Below are positions 26,489 through 40,330 of a stretch of DNA of 64,000 bases, one piece after another. Origin of the DNA: Harriotta raleighana (lineage: Eukaryota); NCBI GenBank assembly GCA_050575255.1, contig JBNZDD010013718.1, forward strand, positions 7,370,579 to 7,434,578. The letters run 5' to 3'. Position numbers and translations under genes: made by a program. Under the pieces are notes generated by a model. That model did no database searches. It was not told where the DNA came from and saw nothing but the letters and a program-made list of their open reading frames with translations. Positions within the stretch are counted from its first letter, which is position 1, and every line of letters begins with the position of its first letter.

Positions 26489-26984
26489 CTCCTCTAAACT
26501 AACAGTAGATTAAAAATTAATGAAGGTCTGGTTTGAAAAGACATTTGATACATTTCTCTCTGAAGTGGTTTGTTTTGATGGAGCCTGAGCCAGCCTCTCC
26601 CAGTGTGTTAACCAGCTACACTCTGCAGCTTGTTAGTACATAGCTGCTGGTTTCTATGTGATAATTAGCCACAAACAAAAGCTTCAGAAAAGCAGTTGGA
26701 TGATTTAATTTACACCCGTATGAATTTATACTTTGTTCAGACACCCAACCCGCCTTCGGCAACAATCAATTACTCCCAAGTGTTTGTAATATGGAACATT
26801 TGTGGGGAGCGAAGATAGGTAGAAAGACATGGAAGGTTGCTAAGCCTTTTCCACCACCGTATTCCTTCCTCAGATGCCAGCTACATGCTGGTAGCCAAGC
26901 TATGTAGTTATTCTTTATTGTCGGCTTCAATAGTCTTTGTGAGGGGGAGGGCGGATTAAGGGGGGGATAGCGGGGCAGTCTCAG

Positions 26985-27250
26985 TTGGGCCCTGATCCTG
27001 TTCTCCCTCCTGCACTCATTTTCACATGCACACCAGATTCTAGTGCAGGCATCAAAATAACAAGCAGGAGCTGATTTTTCCCTCTCTAGCCCTGGGGAAC
27101 TGAAGAGGCAAATTGCAACAAATTGTGAAGTGCTGTCCCAACTGAGATCAGCTAACACAACATATACAAGGGATGCAACCTAACTAGTATACAGTACATG
27201 CCTCAATTCTAAACTAAACTGTGGCTTTCTCATCCAGGCCTTTGGAAGAA
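26985..27250 (-). mobile_element. LF-SINE-like element
   Basis: gctgatttttccctctctagccctgggga...ctgagatcagctaacacaaca is the reverse complement of the recalled LF-SINE core. Confidence 0.7.
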
Positions 27251-27929
27251 GCGTGACATCCCAATTTGTGCAATTCGGGTTTTATGGAGCCCATCCTGCT
27301 CCAGCTTGACCTATAGTGGAAAATAGGTGTGTCGTGTAATCGCAAGTACAAGTGCAGTACTTCACAAGACTGACAGAAGAGGAAGCAAGCAAGTTATAGA
27401 CACCTGTGCAATTCTGATGCCAGCAAACCTCTGTAGATCAACTAACACCTGGTGTAGATTTGATTGGCCAGGGACTGACGCAAATGATGGTTTCACTTGA
27501 CAACAGAATATTCCCCACAGCAATTGCCCGAGAGACTGACGATTACAATCATTGGTGGTCTGAATGGATAGTCATGTTCCACTGAGCACAACCCAATCAC
27601 ACAGGCTGTAGGGTGTTGGGGGGTGGGTGGGTTGTGTGTTTTGCTGTTGGAAACACAATCACCATTATTCATGTGGAGTTACCTGACTAGCTTTTCTGTT
27701 CTCACCTTAAAACTGCAGATCATAGTCACCCATTCAATTAAACCAGTTTGTTTACAACACTTCAAACTAAGCCAACCAACCTGTGCCAATGTATAGCAAT
27801 ACTGTGAGAATTCAGCCTAATGATAATAGTTTGACAACAAAAATCTAAAAGGAGTCGTAAATTAGAAAAATGGCTAAAATATTAATTTATTAATGTCCAG
27901 AGAATGTCTGAACCTCCCAATTCTGTTGA

Positions 27930-28160
27930 TGATATAATTTGTATTTATACAGCGCCTTTCATGTCAGGAAGAAATTTCAAGGCACTTTGCAGTGCTGGAT
28001 AGTCACCCAAACCAGTGAGGGGAGAAAGAGGGGTTCGGGGAGGGAAAGATGATTGAAAGCACAGTCAGTTAGGTATGTTTTGAGACATGCCTTAAAAAAG
28101 GTGAGGGAGATAGTCGGAGGATTGCAGGATGAAGTTCCAGAGATTAGGCGCAGAAATAAA
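27930..28160 (-). mobile_element. L2 3' end fragment (family A)
   Basis: ttgtatttatacagcgcctttcatgtcagga...ttgagacatgccttaaaaaagg. Confidence 0.7.
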
Positions 28161-29172
28161 GACCAAATAAACAAACAAATTTCTATGTGTCACGCTGGCC
28201 TGTCATGCCTGTGAGCAGAAAGGTGCAACTGTGTGGCTGAAAAAACAATCCACAGCAAAAATGCCCTGCCACTGATCCTTACCACAGAATAAAATTCAGA
28301 TCAGGGGGAGAGATTGTAAAAAGCTGAAAGTGGATAGTTCTAATGAGGTATTTATTGTCTCAGAGGCACCATCAAAGCATGGAGGCACAATGATCAGTGT
28401 TGCTTTCTTACAAAGGAACATTGAGAGAGTACTAAATATCTGTCACTCCTCATTCTGCTGCTAACACAAAGCTTACAAGCCCTGTTGAGTCACAAATATG
28501 TTCCAATCTGCTTTCAGCTCAGACAGCACAATGCATCCCACCAATTCTTTCGCAACTTGTAGAATTCGCCTTTCATCTAAAAAGGATTTACCTTAAAGCT
28601 TAAAGAATTCAAACAATTTCTTCACCTTTAACCAGGTTATTACATTGATCGAACAGCATCTACAGAAATGAAATCCTGACTCCAGTAAATAAAGCATTTC
28701 AATCCTATTCGGGACCCGAGCTAAAATCACTCCTCCAATAAATCTTGTCATTATTACCTCTGGTTATATTTAAAATTGTCTGGGAGCGAGTCATGCCAGT
28801 TTCTAGTCATGATCTGGCCAACAATTCCCCAGATCATTTTGGCAGCCATTCACTTCACGGCTGTTTAGAGAATACTGATCTGGCCAAAATGATATTTGCC
28901 CATAAAAACAAGTCAATCACAGCTCGTTCCTCTAACACTACAGAAGGCAAGTCCAAATATAGGATACATTTTATTCATTTATTTAAGATAGAAATTTCAT
29001 TTGATCTGAAGACATCTGTAGTAAGTCATCCTGTAGTAAGTCATCTTTTCTGGAAGTTCATGATCTCATTCTCCTCCGCAATTTAATATTAAATTTGATC
29101 TCATTATCTCATGTTGCTGACACAAACTAGGTGGGGCATTACCTCAGGAGGCACATTTTAAATGACAGGAAA

Positions 29173-29470
29173 GGCGTCCTGTGGCTCAGTGGTTAGAACA
29201 TTCACCTCGCAAGTGAGAGACCTAGGTTCGATTCCCAGCAGGGTGAAACCTTGAGCAAATTTCCTTACTCCACACGCCTGATAATAATCCCTCCAGAAAA
29301 ACAATAATAATTTGGTGACTCAATCCACTGTTTGAAGGACACTACTGTGCGCAATCAGCTGCTGTTTCTCCCACAAATATACAATCAATTCACTTTACAG
29401 TATATGCTGTGAAGCGCTTCAAGATGTCTCGAAGTCTTGAAAAGTGCTATATCAAATGCAAGGATTATAA
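29173..29470 (+). mobile_element. tRNA-derived SINE, short subfamily, full length
   Basis: gtggctcagtggttag...ggttcgattcc...tatatcaaatgcaaggattat. Confidence 0.9.
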
Positions 29471-30459
29471 TTTTTATTATAATTATGATAAGGCAAAGGA
29501 AGCAAGTTGAAACATTGCAAATCAGATTCCCAATGTTAAACACTGAGCAAATCTCTACCCTATCTCTAAATAGCCACTTTACCAGCTGTAACTAATGTCA
29601 AGATAAGCGAGACATCCATACTGCAGTAAAGATAGGTCTGGCTCCAAACACCTAAACTCATGAGTAATAAATATCCTGCACAAATAATTCTGCAAACTTC
29701 ACCTTTTAGAGGGCGTAATGAGCACTCATTAACTGAAGGGAAGGGAGGAGGGTTCCAGCAAAGAGCATCCTATGTGTTCTTTCAGTGAGGTTCCCATTGT
29801 GCCGGAGGTCACTATTTTCACAATGATGGGGTAAGATATCAAAAGCATCTCCACATAAGAAGTCATCCCTTTCATCTCCCGTTGTCGGATTTCTGAAATT
29901 AACCCCTTCGTCTCCTCCAGGGCAAACTTCACAGCTCTGATTGTACAGGTTTCCATCTGCAAAGTATATGGTTACCCTTTGACCAGATTACACAATTTAT
30001 TAGAAAAAGGAACGATTAGAATTCTCCCCTCCAGCCTCAAATAATCCAGTTTCACTGATTGCAGACTAACCTTGTGAATGTTACTATACTGGATATGATA
30101 CAATCAAACAATTTCTGAGTATCAAACCTATCATTTGATCAAACACAATTGTTAGTTTTAGCATCATCTCTTACCCTGTCCACTCTCGCAACATCAGTGG
30201 ATGAGCTATCGCCATGAAAGCCCCATCCCAAACACCTCGCCCCCTCCCTCCCTACTCTCAAAATCCATTTAAGACGCATCCCTTTCACTGTGCTTTGGGC
30301 CATCTTTCCCTCCTCATCTCCCTTCCAAGCTCAAGCTTCCAGTCAGCCGTATGGAGCACTTGGAGACATCTTCCTGATATGAAAGATGTTATATAAATGT
30401 AAATTGTGTTTTTTTATTTTTTGAACCAGATGTTTTCCCCACTTCAACACATCGATTCC

Positions 30460-30745
30460 TTCGATGTCTATTCAACTGTGGGAGAGCAGGAAGGACATCA
30501 TGGCAGAGCTTGATTCAGCCATCACCCGATAGGTGTACAGACATCTCCAGTAGAAGTCATTAGATTGCGATGAGGAAAGCTAAAAGCTTGTTTGTTTCCT
30601 CCCTACTGGGAAAAAGAGGCAGATTCTAGCATTGTTAGTGTCATTCCAACAGAGATCAGCAGGCGATCTGCAGACCAGGACTCAATCAAGCCTTGGACCT
30701 TTGAATGTCTCGATTCACAAAAGCTTTGACTAAGCTTTCAATATC
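30460..30745 (-). mobile_element. LF-SINE-like element
   Basis: ctattcaactgtgg...catcatggcagagcttgattcagccatcacccgat...gagatcagcaggcgatctgcagacc. Confidence 0.6.
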
Positions 30746-32145
30746 ACAATAAATATATTTGTTTAGCTGTCTCTCTGCTAGTATTTTACAGGAGGAGAGA
30801 TTTTTTAAAAAAACTGATCACCAAAGCTTTGATATTGGTTTTCTTTTTCAACAACAAAGAGCCAGCCTTCAGAGGAATTTGAATTAAATCATCCAATTTC
30901 ACTCGAGCTCTTGTTTGCAAAGCTAGACGATTTTATTAAATCTCCAAGGCTTAATATTTCACCCAATCTTGATCCTCAAGGCCACTGACAACAACAACAA
31001 CTTTGATTTATATAGCGCTCTCCACACCGGATGGTGTCTCAGAGCGCTTCACTGACACTGTCTGAAAATTTTAAGATTGTGCAAAATTCTTCAATGCAGT
31101 CTGAATTCACAAGTTCTATTTTAAAATGCAGAAAAACAACTTTCAAATTGAGAACTCTTTGCATTTAGTTTCCACAATTCTGTACAGTCTTAAAATAGTC
31201 TTATAAGCCACAGTTAGTTAGAATATTAGGTCTTAAAAACTAGGCATTTAAAGTCAACCTTTTATTTTTTAAAAATGCAAAAACAAACCTTTTCTTCCAA
31301 CTGATTCAAAATGTCCTGTCAGGCATTTGATATCAGATCAGTTGTAAAGTGGATCCATTATTTGTTAAGAATTCATCTGCCTCATCAAAAGAGCACAAAT
31401 GACTGTGCTGAGAGGCTTTCTGATTTCACTTCGGGATATGCAAAATGAATAATGGATGCAGAGGTCGAATCAAACCATCCTTCCAATATCACACCAAACT
31501 CACATTATGTATTCTACAGATGGCTGTTTTTTTTAAAAAATCTGTGGTGAAAAATGAAATCCTCCACCAGAGAAAGATTCATAAAATTTTATCTTTTAGT
31601 TTATAAAGAGCCCCCAGGGAGTGCGAAGGGAGGATTTGTAATGTTTTAGACCACCTGTTTCATAAGACCCTGATTACATTTTGAGATAGCTATGGCATGA
31701 AAAATGCATGAGAGTTTGTGTGTTATTAAAAATTCATGGTCACTGGCAGGCTGTATCAAAGCAACAATTTCATCTACTCCAACCAATACTCTCTGAACCA
31801 AGCCCTGAAATTAACCTTCAGGTACGATATTGACAGTGATCGGTAATGTTTGCAAATTGCACTTTTGTTTTTTTATAAATATAAAATGAATGATGCCATC
31901 AATTACAAGCAAACATTTGTGTTGTCAAAAAAAAAGGTTTGGAGTCTCAAATATTTTGAAGTGTAATGCAACAAAGTAGGAGTGTTGCACCCTTAATATA
32001 AATAAAGTCATCTTTGGTCCACTCCGTTCCTGCAGATCTGTTGCAGACATTTAGATTTCCGATTTTCAAAATCTGGAGTTTTGCTTAAAAGAAATGGCTC
32101 AATAAGAGTTTTCAGCATCGCAACATGTGAAGTGAAATTAGATAT

Positions 32146-32243
32146 CAACAACTTGTATTTATGTAGCACCCCTTCATATAGGATAGAATCTGAGCTTCCT
32201 GACGTGAAAGGCACTGTACCAGTGTAATTTTGTTGTTGTTGTT
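32146..32243. mobile_element. Two divergent solo L2 tails, family B on minus and family A on plus
   Basis: caacaacttgtatttatgtagcaccc... joined directly to cctgacgtgaaaggcactgtaccagtgtaattttgttgttg. Confidence 0.65.
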
Positions 32244-33299
32244 TGTCAAGAAATATATTTGACGGTAAAGTGGGAGAATGAGACTGGAGTTGATAGCTGC
32301 AGTGAGGGAGCAAAAACCAGGAGAGACAGGATAGGACATTTTTACAACGTGCAAATTCTAAATCTCCAAAAAAAAAGAAAACTACCACAGAAATGTGGTT
32401 AAAAACCTTGGCTGTGTAAGGGTTAAACACATGTCGGTTCATAAATTGTATTTAAAGTTGCACAATGTGTATTATGTTGCGCTGTGTAATTCTGAAGAAT
32501 AACAGCAGCTGGGTAAAAAAAAATCCCCATTTAGTCACGCACACAAAAATGGGTTTCTAAGTTGCAACAAAAACCTGGAATTGGCTTACATCCTAACTGT
32601 CAAGCAATCATTTAAAATAAATGCTTTTTAAAAAAACAAATCACATTGCTGTTACTCTCAAGAGTTTCCGATTTCATCAATTGGTTACTGATTTGAAGCT
32701 TTATACAGATTGATCTCTCCAGCATGTTATAACCAACCCGGGATGTCATGGCAGCAAGATAATATTGCTGTGATTTACGAATAGCTACAGTAATGTTTTA
32801 TACTACCAGAGGAAAATCTGCTGCACATTATTCTATAGTGCTTCACCATGTGGAAATCAACGGGAGATTTCAAAGCATACAATCAGTTCAAATACAATAT
32901 CCTACTAAAATATACACTGCCCCACCTTCCTTATATAGCTGTAGGTGAGATCTGTATCTCTGTTACAAATCCACTGGATTGTGGCTCCCAACGTTTTTCA
33001 CGCTCGGTTACACGGCAGATATTTGGCCTCTAAAGATCTCATTCACATGAAAGGCAGACTGCAATTGTGTTAGCTCAGTTTGACATGAACGAGCTGAAAT
33101 TCCAGTTGCCTTTGCTAATGTGCAATTCTAATGGGGACAATCCCATCATCAGCCTAATATGGTCAAAGATTCTGCCCTCAACACCGACTGGAAATTTCAG
33201 CCAAAACATGGTGCAGCAACAATTGAATTTAAAAGCTTAGTTTTTCAAAAGACATCTTCTCAGCCCTCAGCTTGCAACTGGAACCATGAAGTCACTCAC

Positions 33300-33463
33300 A
33301 CTGTCCCAAAGGGCTGAGGCACTGAGCCATCGCGGAGCGCTGGTAGGTTGGTTGCTCCGTGGAGAATGATGCTGATGCACTCCGTCCCAGGACATGAAAC
33401 TTGGCACTCGTTTGTGGGAGAGATACCGGTCACATCAGACGTTTTGGTAGGCGTTTCTGTCAC
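33300..33463 (-). CDS. CCDC33: CCDC33 coding exon 4 (VTETPTKTSD...ISIILHGATNLPALRDGSVPQPFGTV), start of second C2 domain
   Basis: Acceptor ttcctaattttag|, donor gt|gtgagt, 164 nt, phase 0 to 2. Contains the CCDC33 LHGATNLP motif. Not in the ORF track; read by hand. Confidence 0.92.
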
Positions 33464-34474
33464 CTAAAATTAGGAACAATGAACAAATAATCAATGTCAA
33501 AATAGCATTTGTTTTTCCAGATACAAAGGGTAATTCCACTACACTTTGAAGTATGCAGTGAAGCTCTTTGAGATTTCCCCCTGACCTGAAAGGCACTGTA
33601 CAAAATACAAAGATTATTATGAGTAAAAAAATATTTGTGAAATGTAATACAATACAGAAAAATTCCCACCCTGTCAATATCTGTTTTGGGCCCAAAGTCA
33701 TCCTCATTGAGGCTGCTGGAGTGTGTTTGAGTTAGCTAGGTTGGTTCAAAAAAAAAGCAAAGTTAAGTTGGGTATAAGCGCAAGTAACTACACTCCTGCA
33801 TCATGGATCAGTCACACCTGCTGGTAGCTCCAGTTTATTAAATCCAGTGCACTCAGAAATCCACAGCTGGATCCCTGGATTTAGGCTGGTGTGGGGAGGC
33901 TGACCACAAGTAGTAGGCCACAGCCTTGAGCAGCTTCCCCCTCCCCACTTCAAGCCTCTGGTACAAAACCTTACATGTCTTAGTATAAAAATCACCTCTA
34001 CCTCTTACTGAAAATGTAACCGCAGGCTGTAAACCCTTCAATTGCTTTTATGATTTTCTTACATAAAGGGCTTTGTGCTGAATACATTCACGTGCCTGAT
34101 AATGAGTTCCAATTAAGGTCTGTGTACTTAGCGACAACCTTCATTGACAGAGTCATGTTGAGTGCGATTGCAGGAGAAGGAAAGCTGAACACACGCCAAG
34201 ACTGTGCACAGGCCCAATAATCATCTGAATCCCAATCAAGGTCACTCCTTGAATGAGGGATTCCTAACTAGTAAAAGGATGAAAGCAGTTGAAAAACCTT
34301 TGTCACAACAAACACAATTATACGTGCACAAAATTACAGAAGCGTGTTGCTAAGGAAAAGAAAGCATTCGGATCAATACAAAACGTACATGTCCTTGCCC
34401 GCTTTCTTTCTTTCTTCGCTATATCTGAAACAACTAAAGAACTTGCACTTTGCAGTATGCTTCATCATATTGAA

Positions 34475-34772
34475 ATAATAATAATAATAATTCTTGTATT
34501 TGATTCAGGTCCTTATCAAACAAAATATTTGAAAACATTTACCTTTATGGCCAAATTTAGCGTAGTAACATTTTAGAAAGTAAATGTCACGGCCCTTTGC
34601 ACTAGCAAGATCCCACAAACGGCTACAGTATTTGGTGCACAACTGATTCATTTGGACAATATTGAGCAAGGACACTGGGAGAAATTCTTCTCTCGAATCA
34701 TGTCACTGGATCTTTACTGTCATGCTGAGCCAGCAGGCGGGACCTCAGTTTAGTAACTAATCTGAAAGACTC
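34475..34772 (-). mobile_element. DeuSINE relic with (att)n tail
   Basis: aggacactgggagaaattcttctctcgaa...ggatcttt...gggacctcagttta...tctgaaagac is the reverse complement of a Deu domain. Confidence 0.6.
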
Positions 34773-35044
34773 CGATTTAGGGTATAGGACAATGTAGGGT
34801 TTTATCTCCCTTTCTCCAACACTACACCCCCCCTCCCTCTGCTTATCTTACTGAGTTATGGTTCCATGGATACCAGCCATTCTACAGTCCCTCGTCCAAA
34901 GTCCCCATTATTTTTGGGCAAGTCTTGACATTGAGAATTAGCAGCCTAATCGATTGCAGCAAAAAAAAAAACTGTCCTCGCCTAATTTCCACCCACACAT
35001 CTCCAGTGGGGTTTCACGGAAGAGTGATTAGGAATGAGCCTGAA

Positions 35045-36479
35045 TTGGAAAGGATGAATATTCAAAGAAGTTTTTGCTGGACTACTTTTGAAATTCAGGG
35101 ATCAGCAGTACAGGATTTTACTCCCAGGAAGTTCACAACAAGGTTGGTTTGGGGAGGACTATAGAAGGAATGGGCCTGATGGGCTGAATGGGATAAACAA
35201 GAAAACTGCTTAGATATTTCCATCTCCCTTCCCAACCCAGAGAACAGAGCTGAATGTCATCGGGAACCATAGGAAGGGCTGGCATTTCTGTTGGATTTTT
35301 TTGGGATGAGAGAATAAACAATAGACCCTCATCATATCTGTTAAACAGGGCAGGACATTTCCTTCATGTATCCCACAGAGAAGCATCAACAGGTGGACAG
35401 CCAGAGGACTTGTGGGATATTTCCACCCACACATGACAGAAAGCCCTTGGGGCTTGCTTCTCCATGGTACTATGAAAGCAGTTGTCTTGTGCTAATTGGA
35501 GTATAAAGCATTATTTTCTGAGACCTGGCTATGTCCCATAGGGTCTGAAGCCACAATGCCTGAGGATTTAATGGGGTGGGAGAGAGGATTTTTCCATTCT
35601 CCTGGTAGGAGGGGATTTTGCAAGAAACAGCAGAATTCTGAAAAGAGGTTAGGAAAAAAAAAGGAAAATATTAAATACAAACAAAATCAAATCCACAGAA
35701 ACTCAGGCTCCTGCGATTGATTTGACTTTAGTATAGCCATTTCTGAACACAATGGGTAAGATGTCTCTCTCACTCACTGTGGAGGACAGATATACAAAGG
35801 CTGTAGACCAAATCAGCTGCAGATTAATGCAGGCTGAAAGGAAGGGAAAATGTGAAGTGGGTCATTAATCTGTACACAGTGAGTTTCGAGCTAGCAATCA
35901 TTGCTACCATCAATTCCTAAATTGTGAGCAGAATTATTCAGTAATCAAGGAAACACAATTGGAAGATATTCTTAGTGCCACTCGCAGATTATTGTACAGG
36001 CAGTCGGGAAACACAGAGTACAAGATGGAATCTGTAGCCAGCGTACAGATGAAACAAACATAGCTCACATGTTTGGGTCCTACCCCTGCTGATGCTGTCC
36101 ATTAGCCATTTCTAAAAAGGAACTGGATAGGTATTTGCTTTAGAACAGTAGTGGTGGTGGAAGGGAGATATATAGGGATAGATCGGATCATGAGAGGTTA
36201 GATAACGAAGGCTTCTTGACCAATTTGATTTAATCCTTCCAGAATGCCAATACTACCATCAATACTCCACATGGGACAATGATTTCTGGGCTGATGGGGC
36301 CCAGGTTGGAGAGGATAAATATTCTGATGTTTTTGCTTGACTACTTTTGAAATTCAGGAATCTGCAGTACAGGATTTTACTTCCAGGAAGTTCACAACAG
36401 GGTTGATTTGGGGAGAACTATAGAGGGAATGGGGTTGATGGGCTGAATGGGATAAGCAAGAAAACTGCTTACATAGTTC
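35045..36479 (+). repeat. Direct repeat pair of ~175 bp (35045-35220 and 36306-36479)
   Basis: gactacttttgaaattcagg...gcagtacaggattttact...ccaggaagttcacaaca...gatgggctgaatgggataa..aagaaaactgctta occurs twice with scattered substitutions. Confidence 0.9.
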
Positions 36480-39400
36480 TATTCAGGTGACTCTCCAAAG
36501 GATTGCTACAAGAAGCTCAAAGGTAAGTGGTGACAGGACGAATCAATAAACCTTTCGTCCATCCCTCCCTGTAAGAGACATCATATCTCTTGTGATCTGA
36601 GATACTCTTAAAATTAACATTCTTATCTGGATTCAGATGTAGTTCAGTGGTATGTAGAATATAATGAACGAAGTTGGAAGAAAAGCATCAGCTCTTCTCA
36701 AACTAGATTCCTGTACTGAAGCTATCTTTTTGTGAATTAAATTCCACAGAGGAACACAAAAACCTGAGTCCCATAGCACAAGACTTCAAAGAACCATTGT
36801 CCAGACACACTAAATAATTTCCTCAATTTTCAAACAAGTCTCGGGTCAGTCCAAGCAGAAGTAAAAAAGATCTACAGACAATATTTTGTTTGCATTCCTA
36901 GTTTTTAGTTTTTGTGTGAACTACACCCATAATATGATAATTTATCTAAATAGATACATATTTATTATATATTTATTAGGTGGAACCTAAATTAATGACG
37001 AAAGGAAAGAAACCAGTGCATCCTGGTTTCTCTTCATTTTAAATAATATACAAGCTCCACCAGAAAAGCAAAATAGGATTTGCTGCCGCACACTTAAACT
37101 TTTCTCTCCGGACACACTCATAAAAGCGCATGAAAATGCAAGGCCCATTTGAAGCTGATGCTAATACAGTCTACGTGGGACTAATTAACACTAGAATAGC
37201 TTCAATGTGCAAGCGAGCTGTATTCAACAGGGAATAAACCACCTTCAACCCTCACACTGCACACTAGTGCTTGAAATACAGATCGCCAATAAACATAATC
37301 AACTACAATCATGTAAATTTGTCTCTCTAAGCAGAATTTCATCATCTACCCCTTTCACTTTGGTATGATCCACTGGCAGCTTTGTAAATGTTGTTTACAG
37401 AGGTTGTTTTCTATCCTCCTCAAAAAAATGCAAACATCCTTTTGCAAAATATCAACACAAGACGTTGAACATTCGTGGTGAAAGAGGGTACCCAGAACAC
37501 ACACACGTCACTAGGGATTCAAGGGATTTCCATCTCAAACCTGCTGAATAATTCAACAAAGCCAGCAGGTGTTCTGAAAGAAACAAATACCTGGAAGGTT
37601 TCTTCACAAAAGATAAGCTTTTCTAAAATAAATATCTATTATGCCAAAAGAAAGTCTTTAGCAATTATGATGGAGACCATAGATTAAATCTGGTAACTAT
37701 AAGGGCAACGTACATTGGGAAACGGTCTACTCGACTAAATTGAGCGTGGATGATTTCTCAATGAAGCGGCAGTAATGATGTTGCGATCAGTAATCCTCTT
37801 TTAGAATGACCTAGAGGGTTACAAAGCAAATCACCAGCCTCAGTATTGATAGCATTTTCCAGACCTAACTGGGATGAATCCTTAAGCAACACTGAAATGC
37901 CAAACATTGTTAGAATAAAAGATGGTTACACATTGTAGTTGATCTCAAGCATCCACCTCTCTTGCTTTCCTGGAGATGCTGACTCAAACTAGGCACAATT
38001 CCACGGAGGCCAGGCACCTTCTTGTAACCAGCGCAAACAACCTTTCTTGATGGGTCAATCCCAAATCACAAAGAGCAGCAGCCTTTATGATGACAGAAAG
38101 TCAGCACAGCTGTATCTTTATAATGGCGTAAAAACATATTCACAACATACACGAACGCATATCTGGGGTGCTGTGCCACAGTATAGTACCCCACCTAGGC
38201 ACAGCCAACTGAGTGCATTGTGATTGTAAACTGAAATCTTCAGTTGTGGATGACTTGTTCACTGAATGAACCCAGTGGGCCAAGGAAGGAGCATTGATCT
38301 TCCTGTAATTGCACAATAACTTAGAATGATACATAACATGTTTTCAAAAATGGTCTTTTATAGTATAATACAGCATCAACAATTTGCATTTATATAGCGC
38401 TCTTCACGCAGGGCAGCAACTCAGAGCATGTACACCCAAAGGCAGATCAATATGAAACATTGGTAAAAATAGTTAGTGTCATCTAAAAGCTTTTGGCCTT
38501 CTTTTAAGTTTCATGCATCTCAATCTCTTTCCTCCTTCCCCTCCACTCCATTCCCTCTCCCATCTACATTCCCAAAAGAGAATGAAACTAAGTCTTCAAC
38601 CCATCTGATTGTGTTTGGTTTTTATATATATTATATATACACATACATACTATGGGTATAAAGTATTATCATCGGAATTCAGGGGTTACGAATCTGCCAA
38701 TCAATTCTTTTGAACACTCCGCTCACTACCTGCAATTGATTGTGTACCGTCAACATCAATTTGTCTGATTTTAAAGATTGATAGCAGGAACTGGAACATC
38801 AAACACTATACGTATATATTGATATATTCATCCGCACTCTCGCTGGTTCAATTTTATTCATAGAGAGAATTTTTTTTAAAGCATTAATTTACCAGAAAAA
38901 AATAGGAGTATCAGTCAGGACACAGGTCAATGAGGCACAATGCCTCCTCCCCACCCCCAACCAAGGGTTCAGAACCAAGCCAATGTCCTCATCAATTATG
39001 CTCTCTCCCAGTGCAAGAGTGGACACAAGCAACTCTCTACCAAAAGCGCAAAGCACTTGAAACCGAGAACTATTTTAACGAACTATGTAAACCTCACTGA
39101 CTCCCACAATGTGCTGAGAGAGCCGACTTCTATAAGCCCTGGGTCACTAACAACAACAATAACTTGAATGTATATAGCTCCCCCCAGGCAGGGTAAAGTC
39201 CTAATTTCAAAGAGGGGAACATCAGCCAGGTCTGCCTCTCCTAACCACTATCACACTACACTTGCCTGAAATCCCTAGACATAATTTTCCTGTGCATAGA
39301 TTCGCCAGTTGCAGCCACACCCAGGAGAGAAGGATCAAGCGTGTAATAAAATGAAACATAATACAGTATTCCACTTGTACATCTATATCCAAGCATCAAA

Positions 39401-40042
39401 AGCAGAACTAACAAAACAAATTTTGAATCGGGGATTATTAGTTCCACAAGACTAAGAAATTAAGGATCAGGTAAAAAATATATATATTTCAGAAACGACA
39501 TGACTTAATGCAAACAAAACCTTAAGCCAACTTACTTCTTTATCAGCCACTTAGCAGCGATGGTTAAAAGTGCGAGTATAACTTGACTGGTTGTTCACGG
39601 TTAAAGCTTACTGAATCTCCCGTTTGTGAATCTTAACCATATTAAACATAATATTGTATTCAAATTCATTTTCTGCAGAGGAAACAGCTTTTGGGTTTCA
39701 TTATTATATGAGATTTTTCATCTGCCGATGCTCAGTATATGAAGGTGCAGTCACCCCAGATTACTCACCATCATGATTAATAATAATTAGTAAGCACGTT
39801 TCCCTCAGCAAGTGGCACACTACATGCAGAGCCCTTAATGTTATTCGCAGGAGGGAAGGATCTCTCAAAGGACGTCTGTGTGAAAACACAATCTGTCCGA
39901 GCGATAATGAAACCAAGATTGAAATGACCTGTGGCGAATTAGCAAGTCAGATGTTTTTGTCCTGATGCTGATTACTCAGGGCTTCCCGCGAGCCATCAAC
40001 AGGCACAGCAGCCCCCAAATGGTGCTTTCACAGCTACAAGGT

Positions 40043-40330
40043 GTCCGCTTGGCCAGTCAGAACTCCTGCTTGCGAATCAGAAGGTGGTTTCAAGCTCTCC
40101 CGTTCTTGACTTGAGCGACCAGTATAAGCCGACACACTGGGACACTGAGCAATACTAAGGAGGGGGCTGCATTGTCAGACATACCATCTTTCAAATCATG
40201 TCAAACCCAAGCCCCAACAGCCTGTTCAGATGGTTCTTAAAGTTCCCTCAGCACTACTCAAAAAATATAAATTTTCCCTTCAATGTGCTGGCTATAAATG
40301 ACTGTTTGGTGCCAGTTGGCATGTTTCCCT
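40043..40330 (+). mobile_element. Degenerate DeuSINE (SacSINE1-like)
   Basis: tRNA-like head gaatcagaaggtggtttcaag, then gctgcattgtcaga...cctgttcagatgg..ttaaagttccctcagcacta. Confidence 0.6.

Noticed and set aside
29015-29045. 15-bp tandem duplication ctgtagtaagtcatc, and a similar 21-bp one at about 8940-8981
   Set aside because: Ordinary slippage-type micro-duplications.
29701-29960. Minus-strand segment with a good acceptor (tactttgcag|) and two frames open for ~75-80 codons
   Set aside because: In the phase required by the upstream CCDC33 exon (phase 2) it stops after 8 codons, and it shows no recognisable homology. It remains a possible cryptic exon.
37005-37032. Small hairpin gaaaccag-tgcatc-ctggtttc
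   Set aside because: An 8-bp stem is expected by chance in 64 kb, and intrinsic terminators are not relevant in vertebrate DNA.
38195-38305. Exon-like minus-strand segment (attacag|gaagatc...cctag|gtgggg)
   Set aside because: The phase-0 reading needed in this intron hits TGA, and the donor is weak.
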